DNA from: a bacterium
GTDB taxonomy: Bacteria > UBA8248
Assembly (NCBI GenBank): GCA_965213625.1
Contig: CBDBZU010000004.1
Span: 1,568,001 to 1,632,000, forward strand
DNA: 64,000 nt
Direction: 5' to 3'
The notes beneath the pieces were generated by a model. The model was not told the DNA's origin and did not search any database. It worked only from the letters and a program-made list of their open reading frames with translations. This document shows, piece by piece, positions 58,183-64,000 of this stretch. Position 1 is the first letter of the stretch. The number at the start of each line of letters is the position of its first letter. The position numbers were made by a program, and so were the translations under genes.

Positions 58183-58504
58183 GGTTGTTGAAAAAGTCCT
58201 CGTCGGGGGACATTGCCTTTAGCGGGAAGGCCGCTTTCGCGCGAACCCCCGACCTCCCATGTCGGAAGCAACCCCCCCTACCCCCCCCTTGTCAGGGGTC
58301 AAACGCGAGTGAGGAACGAGCGTTTGCATAAGCCATTGACGAGAAACACATCGGCTCGCAAAACCTCCCTCTTCGGTCGGTTTTGACCCTGACAAGGGGG
58401 GGTAGGGGGGGGTGGGTTTCCAGTGGAGAGGTGCGTCCCCTCCATCCCTTGAAAAGGGTATTTTTTCAACAACTCCTTGTCAGGGGGGCTTCTTCAACAA
58501 CCCC
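58183..58504. repeat. Composite inverted-repeat element (MITE/REP-like)
   Basis: GGTTGTTGAAAAA...TTTTTCAACAAC ends; internal CCCCCTACCCCCCCTTGTCAGGG inverted pair; 58461-88 matches 46621-48 at 26/28. Confidence 0.7.
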
Positions 58505-58652
58505 GCGTAGGGCGGCCTTCAGGAGCGTCCTTGCGCGCCGAGGAGCGCTGGCCGCCGCCCGCATTTAGGGGTGGATATCCCCCCCGTTTTTGGCTTTTCC
58601 TCACGAGCCGCTGGTGTATACTGGCCTCTGGAACCGCCGCCGGAGGCGTGAG

Positions 58653-60506
58653 ATGTCCGAATCCAGCAATCCCGAGCCGAGCACCCAGGAGAAGCAGGGG
58701 TTTTACTGCTCCATCGTTTTCAAGAGCCTCATTCTCGTCCTGATCATTCTCATCGTCGCCATCGTTCCGATGTCCTACCGCTACTATCAGTCGAGCTACA
58801 ATTACGAGCTCAACGTGCTCTCGGCCAGGCTCGAGTTCATTGCCGAGCGCGGTTCCGCCTTGATTGATGCGGAAGCCGTTCACAGCCTGCGGCTGCCGAG
58901 CGACAAGAATACCCCCGAATACAGGGAGGTGCTCGCCGCGCTCAGGCGCATCAAGCGGAACTCGGGCGTGGACAACGCCATTATCATGCGCAGACGCGCC
59001 GATGGAAGCTACGGATACGTCGCCGCCGCGCACGACGGGTTCCAAATCGGCCAGGACGCCCATATCCACAAGCTCTTCCCGGCCACCTACAAGGCCACGA
59101 ACGACACCTGGAACAAGGGCGAGATGATGCGCTCCCGGCTCTTCGGCGGAAAGGTGGGGGACCGCGAGTTCGACAAGTTCTTGCAACTCAACACGCCGCT
59201 CAAGCTGAACGGCAAGGTGGTGGCCATCCTGGTGCTCAACAAGATTGCGAACCCCGTTGCCGAGCAGGTGGCGACGAACACCTTCAAGCTGCTGCGCTTC
59301 ACCATCATCCTGGTCGCCCTTGGCCTCATCCTCTTCTGGCTCATCTCCTCACGGATGCTGCGCCTGATCAGGAACCTAACGAGCGCGGCGGAAGAGGTGA
59401 GCCAGGGGAATCTCGACGTCACGGTTCCCGCTAAGAGGAGCCACGACGAGGTGGGCCGCCTGGCCACTTCGTTCGAGGGCATGATCGATGGCCTGAAACA
59501 GCGCGATTTTATCCGCGACACATTCGGACGCTACATCAGCAAGGAGATCGTGGACGAACTCCTGAACTCGCCCGATGGCCTCAAGCTCGGCGGCGAGGTG
59601 CGCGAGGTGACTTTCCTGGTCTCGGACTTGCGGGGGTTCACCGCGCTCTCCTCTCGCCTTGAGCCGCACGAGGTCATCGAGGTCGTGAACCGTTTCCTGG
59701 AGCCGATGGTGGACATCATCACCAGACACCGGGGCACGGTGGATGAGTTCCAGGGCGACGGTATTCTCGCGTTCTTCGGCGCGCCGCTCGCCGAGCCCGA
59801 CGACTCGGCCCGGGCCGTGGCCTGCGCCGTGGAGATGCAGCGCGCCCTCGTCGAAATCAACGAGGAGCAGCGCAAGCGCGGCATGCCCGATCTTCACATG
59901 GGGATCGCCATCAACACGGGCGAGGTGATCGTCGGCAACATCGGTTCGGAAAAACGCACCAAGTACGGCGCGATGGGCACGGCCATCAACATGGCCTACC
60001 GCATCGAGTCCTACACCGTGAGCGGGCAGGTGCTCATCAGTATGGATACGTATCAGAAAATGGCGGAATTCGTTCAGGTGGGCGATACCCAGGATCTGCG
60101 CTTCAAGGGGCTGGGTGAGCCGGTTCGCGTCTACGAGGTGCGGGGGATGTCGGGGCCTTATGCGTGTGAGATGCCCGAGGCCGCGCCCGAGGTGTTCGTG
60201 GACCTCGCTGCACCGGTCGAGGTGCGGATGTTCGCGGTCGAGGGGAAGACGGTGTCGGACGAAGCCGTGCGCGCCGGGGTCGAGCGTGCTTCCGAGAATT
60301 GTCTGGACGTGGAGGCGGATGCTCCCTTTGAGAGGAACGCGAATCTCATGCTGCGGATGGCGGAAGAAACGGAAGTTTCAGACGTCTACGCGAAGGTCGT
60401 CGAGGCGGACGGGGCGAGATTGATGCTGCGCTTTACCTCCCTGCCCGATGACGCCAAGGCGTATTTCGAAAAGGTCAGGGCATCAGCCGCGCAATCGAGC
60501 ACGTAG
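58653..60506 (+). CDS. Membrane-bound class III nucleotide cyclase (TM-sensor-TM-HAMP-cyclase-PilZ-like), possibly guanylate cyclase
   Basis: HAMP DEVGRLATSF; VSDLRGFT, DEFQGDG, KYGAMGTAINMAYRIES. Confidence 0.88.
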   Translation: MSESSNPEPSTQEKQGFYCSIVFKSLILVLIILIVAIVPMSYRYYQSSYNYELNVLSARLEFIAERGSALIDAEAVHSLRLPSDKNTPEYREVLAALRRIKRNSGVDNAIIMRRRADGSYGYVAAAHDGFQIGQDAHIHKLFPATYKATNDTWNKGEMMRSRLFGGKVGDREFDKFLQLNTPLKLNGKVVAILVLNKIANPVAEQVATNTFKLLRFTIILVALGLILFWLISSRMLRLIRNLTSAAEEVSQGNLDVTVPAKRSHDEVGRLATSFEGMIDGLKQRDFIRDTFGRYISKEIVDELLNSPDGLKLGGEVREVTFLVSDLRGFTALSSRLEPHEVIEVVNRFLEPMVDIITRHRGTVDEFQGDGILAFFGAPLAEPDDSARAVACAVEMQRALVEINEEQRKRGMPDLHMGIAINTGEVIVGNIGSEKRTKYGAMGTAINMAYRIESYTVSGQVLISMDTYQKMAEFVQVGDTQDLRFKGLGEPVRVYEVRGMSGPYACEMPEAAPEVFVDLAAPVEVRMFAVEGKTVSDEAVRAGVERASENCLDVEADAPFERNANLMLRMAEETEVSDVYAKVVEADGARLMLRFTSLPDDAKAYFEKVRASAAQSST

Positions 60507-60595
60507 GGTATTCTCGCTTCACACCGAATAGGGGTTTTGAACGAGTCCTGATTCCGTGATTTGGCGTATGGAGCCGACCGGGGAGGGGGTTCTTC

Positions 60596-60806
60596 GTAGT
60601 GACAGCCCCTCCACGGGGCTGTCACGCAGGTCACGACCTGTCCCTACAAGAGGCAGTGCGGTTTTGTTCGTCATTCCGGCGAAAGCCGGAATCCATTTTG
60701 ACTTTGTTTTTATTTTCTGATTGTTTCCCGCTAATGATGGGGAGACGCAAAGCCGGTGTATTGTCATTCTGCTTTAGAATAGATTCCGGCTTTCGCCGGA
60801 ATGACG
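60596..60806. repeat. Cluster of GTAG-type (60596-60647) and CGTC-type (60669-95, 60782-806) palindromic repeats
   Basis: Direct sequence matches to repeats at 10460, 15046, 18897 and 15173-15646. Confidence 0.8.
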
Positions 60807-60879
60807 GTGGTGGGCAATTGCGGCCGGGGAGAGTTCTTCAACAACCTCGAATAAAAGAGGCTGCGCATTCGCGTGAACG

Positions 60880-60912
60880 AAAAACCCCGGGGACGCATCC
60901 CCGGGGTCTTTT
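60880..60912 (-). terminator. Terminator of amt (possibly bidirectional)
   Basis: ACCCCGGGGA/TCCCCGGGGT stem with an A-tract on the left (U-tract on the minus strand). Confidence 0.8.
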
Positions 60913-60922
60913 CCTGTACGGC

Positions 60923-62206
60923 CTAGCGTTCGTAGGCCGATTCGTTGTGCATCATGAGGTCGAGACCGCCGGATTCCTCGTTGGCGTCGGCTCTCAGGCC
61001 CACCATGGCGTCCACGATTTTGAGCAGGATGAAGGAGACGACGCCCGAATAGACGAGCGTGGCGATGACGCTCACGAACTGGATCCAGAGCTGTCTGCCC
61101 ATGCCGACGCCCTCGGCGAAGCCGACGCCGCCGAATCCCTCGGCGACGAATACGCCGGTCAGTATCGCGCCGATGATCCCGCCGACGCCGTGCACGGTGA
61201 ACACGTCGAGAGAGTCGTCCACCTTGAGCACCTGTTTCATGTAGTTGGTGGCGGCGAAGCAGCCAAGGCCCGCTATTGCGCCGAGCAGCAGCGCACCCAT
61301 CGGCCCCACGAAGCCCGAAGCAGGCGTTATGCCGACGAGGCCCGCCACCATGCCGGTAACGATGCCGAGCACACTCGCTTTGCCGTGCTTGATCCACTCC
61401 GCGAACATCCATGCGAGAGCGCCCGCCGCCGAGGAGATGTGCGTCACGAGCATGGCCATGCCCGCCGCGCCGTCGGCCGCAAGCGCGCTGCCGGCGTTAA
61501 AGCCGAACCAGCCGACCCACAGGATGCCCGCGCCCGTCACCGCCATGGGCAGGTTATGGGGCAGCATGGCCGTGTTGGGAAATCCGTGCCTCGGTCCGAT
61601 CAGGAGGGCGGCCACAAGAGCAGCGACGCCGGAGTTGATGTGCACCACCGTGCCGCCCGCGAAATCGAGCGCGCCCATCTCGCCGAGCCATCCGCCGCCC
61701 CACACCCAGTGGGCCACCGGCGCGTAGACGAGGATCACCCAGGCGATGGAGAAGATGAACATGGCCGAGAACCGCATCCGTTCGGCGAAGCTGCCCACGA
61801 TCAGCGCGGGCGTGATGATGGCGAATGTGAGCTGGAACATGGCGAAGACCGTCTCGGGAATGTTGCCCGAGAGCGATTCCACGCCCACGCCTGCGAAGAA
61901 CGCCTTGCCCAGTCCGCCGATGAAGGCGTTGCCGGCTTCGAACACCAGGCTGTAGCCGACGATGAGCCAGACGATGGACACGGCGCAAGCGATGGAGAAG
62001 CACTGCATCAGCACCGAGAGCACGTTTTTCGCGCGCACGAGACCACCGTAGAATAGCGATAGGCCCGGAAGCGTCATGAACAGGACGAGGGCGGTCGACG
62101 TCAGTATCCAGGCGGTGTTCCCGGTATCGAGTTTATCGGCCGCGAATGCGACCCCCGGGGCCAGTGTAAGCGCCGTGGCCCAAAGGACCAACACAAAGCG
62201 TTTCAT
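60923..62206 (-). CDS. amtB: Ammonium transporter
   Basis: FQLTFAIIT, HWVWGGGW, DFAGGTVVH, WFGFNAGS, DDSLDVFTVHG. Confidence 0.95.
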   Translation of the reverse strand: MKRFVLVLWATALTLAPGVAFAADKLDTGNTAWILTSTALVLFMTLPGLSLFYGGLVRAKNVLSVLMQCFSIACAVSIVWLIVGYSLVFEAGNAFIGGLGKAFFAGVGVESLSGNIPETVFAMFQLTFAIITPALIVGSFAERMRFSAMFIFSIAWVILVYAPVAHWVWGGGWLGEMGALDFAGGTVVHINSGVAALVAALLIGPRHGFPNTAMLPHNLPMAVTGAGILWVGWFGFNAGSALAADGAAGMAMLVTHISSAAGALAWMFAEWIKHGKASVLGIVTGMVAGLVGITPASGFVGPMGALLLGAIAGLGCFAATNYMKQVLKVDDSLDVFTVHGVGGIIGAILTGVFVAEGFGGVGFAEGVGMGRQLWIQFVSVIATLVYSGVVSFILLKIVDAMVGLRADANEESGGLDLMMHNESAYER

Positions 62207-62579
62207 CTTTTTGAACCTCCTTTAGAAGTTGGAACAATAATCCGAAAAGTGTTTTCCGCTCAGGTTTGAGGCGCCGTCTTCCGCCGCGTGGAGGGAAATT
62301 TAATCAATCCCGCCACGTCCCAGCGGTGTTCAACCGACGTCTTCGGGCTTGATTCTCGTCGTGATTCGACGCATAAACGTATCTCCTTGAGATGGTCTCG
62401 CGCCCCGGTGGGCGCCGAAACCAGCCATTGAGTCAAGGAAAATAGGGATTCCTTGCGGGGGAAACCCCCAATCGTCTCCAGAACAGTCCTGGGCGTTGGA
62501 AGAGCTATCCCCTACTATACCACCAGCAGCACCGGGTGTGTAGCGTGCGCCCGATTTCAAAAGGAGCTTTGCGGACGCC

Positions 62580-63065
62580 ATGCCTTCATTCGACATTGTT
62601 TCAAGGACGGATTTACAGGAAGTCGACAACGCGATCAATGGGGTGCGCCGGGAAATCGCCCAGCGCTTCGATTTCAAGGGGTCGAAATGCGCGCTCGATC
62701 GGAAAGATACGGAGGTCACCCTGCTGGCCGACGACGATTTCAAGCTCAGGCAGATGCACGATCTGGTGCATACCCATTTAACGAGACGTAAGGTGGATCT
62801 GCGCGCGCTCGACTTCAAAGACCCCGAATCCGCCGCAGGCGGCGCGCTCCGGCAGGCCATTCTCGTGAAGCAGGGCGTGGATCAGGATTCGGCGCGAGAG
62901 ATCGTCAAGAAGGTGAAGGCGACGAAGATGAAGGTGCAGGTCGCGATTCAAGGCGATCAGCTGAGAGTGAGCGGCAAGAAGCGCGACGACTTGCAGCAGG
63001 TGATATCCCTCTGCCGGGAGCTCGACCTCAAACTCGCGCTTCAATTCGAGAACATGCGCGATTAG
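62580..63065 (+). CDS. yajQ: YajQ family nucleotide-binding protein
   Basis: MPSFDIVS, QRFDFKG, RVSGKKRDDLQ, QFENMRD. Confidence 0.95.
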   Translation: MPSFDIVSRTDLQEVDNAINGVRREIAQRFDFKGSKCALDRKDTEVTLLADDDFKLRQMHDLVHTHLTRRKVDLRALDFKDPESAAGGALRQAILVKQGVDQDSAREIVKKVKATKMKVQVAIQGDQLRVSGKKRDDLQQVISLCRELDLKLALQFENMRD

Positions 63066-63075
63066 CGCCTGAGCG

Positions 63076-63127
63076 CGCATTTCCCCGCATTTGCGCGTCA
63101 TGGCTCACAGGCCCCATCCCCTATATT
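63076..63127 (+). promoter_or_regulatory. Putative activator-dependent late promoter 3 (large terminase)
   Basis: CGCATTTCCCCGCATTT (63076-92), 29 nt, TATATT (63122-27). Confidence 0.72.
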
Positions 63128-63178
63128 CCTCCTTCGTGAGGATGCGCGCGGCATCCTTGGACTGGAGGAGTTCCGGCT

Positions 63179-64000
63179 TTGCGCAAATCCCGGAAAATCA
63201 ATCGAGCGCCCGGCATGGCCCTTGCGGCCTGCGGGACCTCGCGTTTTTCGGGCGAGGCGCGTGGACTGGCCCGGTTTCTGACGAGCGAGATGTCGACCGA
63301 CTCGGGCGCTTTCACCCTCGAGGGCAGAGAGGCGTTTTCGGAGATCATCGCCGCGCTCGATGAAATCCTTGGAAAACGCACGCCCGATCAAACCATCAGT
63401 GTCCTGAAGGGCGCGCAGGTGGGCATGACCACCCTCGCCATCGGTTTTGCGCTCTACTGCGTCATCGTCCACCGCCTGAACGTGGGCTATTTTCTGCCCG
63501 ATCAGGATTTTGCGGATCGCTTCGATCAGACGCGCGTACGCCCGGCGCTCAGACACGAGAGAATCGCCTCAATCATGCGCGAGGGGAAATACAGGGGCGC
63601 ATCGCCTAAGGGCTTGAAGGAGTTCCCCGGCCGCGGGGGCTCGCGTTTTCTCTACATACTGGGTCTCAAGGACATCGGCAACGCCATATCCATCCCGCTC
63701 GACGTGCTTGTCCGCGACGAGGTGGACGACTTGCCCGCGGACAACCTCAAGTGGTCGAACGACCGCATCGACGCCTCACCCCTCGCCCTGACGCTCAACC
63801 TCGCCGTCGGCAGAACCCCGGGTGCTGGCATTCACGCCATGTACGAGGCGGGTGACAAGAGGCGCTGGCATGTGAGGTGCCCGGCGTGTCATGTGGAGAT
63901 TGTCCTGGAGGAGAACTGGCCGAAAATCTTTAGCGGCGATGCGCTCGCCTGTCCGGCTTGCGGCGGCGCGCTCGAGCGGGGCGCGGGGCGGTGGGAGGCC
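63179..64000 (+). CDS. Phage terminase large subunit, GpA-type ATPase domain; runs off the window end
   Basis: Not in the ORF track; TTG 63179 after GGAGGAG. Hand translation gives VLKGAQVGMTT (Walker A variant), GYFLPDQDFADRF, LVRDEVD (Walker B), YEAGDKRRWHVRCPAC...CPACG...GRWEA; 274 codons without a stop. Confidence 0.85.
   Translation, partial: MRKSRKINRAPGMALAACGTSRFSGEARGLARFLTSEMSTDSGAFTLEGREAFSEIIAALDEILGKRTPDQTISVLKGAQVGMTTLAIGFALYCVIVHRLNVGYFLPDQDFADRFDQTRVRPALRHERIASIMREGKYRGASPKGLKEFPGRGGSRFLYILGLKDIGNAISIPLDVLVRDEVDDLPADNLKWSNDRIDASPLALTLNLAVGRTPGAGIHAMYEAGDKRRWHVRCPACHVEIVLEENWPKIFSGDALACPACGGALERGAGRWEA

Noticed and set aside
41425-64000. Ordinary intact prophage
   Set aside because: Host genes such as amt and yajQ interrupt the packaging module, and no integration or replication genes are seen in the window. 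The sequence beyond 64000 is unknown.

Overview
Chromosomal window from a mostly GC-rich bacterium; lineage not determined. Most of it is housekeeping and catabolic genes: sbcD-like nuclease, nth, rlmN, acnA, fumC, sod, peroxiredoxin, metF, gltBD with a LysR regulator, amt, yajQ, a MaoC/CoA-ligase cluster, tandem CocE/NonD hydrolases, a sugar-type ABC transporter, tRNA-Lys and tRNA-Thr. The main find is a set of intact phage-derived late genes on the + strand, in transposable-phage-like order but split into three islands separated by host genes: a lysis cassette (45247-46437), a Mu gp26-like gene plus gp27-like small terminase (47364-48268), and a GpA-type large terminase absent from the ORF track (63179->64000). 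Each island has its own copy of one promoter design: the direct repeat CGCA(T/G)TT-N3-CGCATTT followed exactly 29 nt later by a TAnnnT -10 hexamer. An Xis/MerR-like HTH gene (41670-42059) is a candidate activator. No integrase, transposase or att site is visible. The pattern suggests a domesticated, dispersed, co-regulated phage-derived system (gene-transfer-agent-like), which is inference. Other notable items: an AhpD-like CxxU selenoprotein with a SECIS-like hairpin, a probable ATT start codon, a class III cyclase with guanylate-cyclase-like specificity residues, a GIY-YIG nuclease bracketed by CGTC palindromic repeats, and a second shared AT-rich operator-like motif at 9337 and 41191. All family assignments come from motif recognition by eye; no database searches were run.
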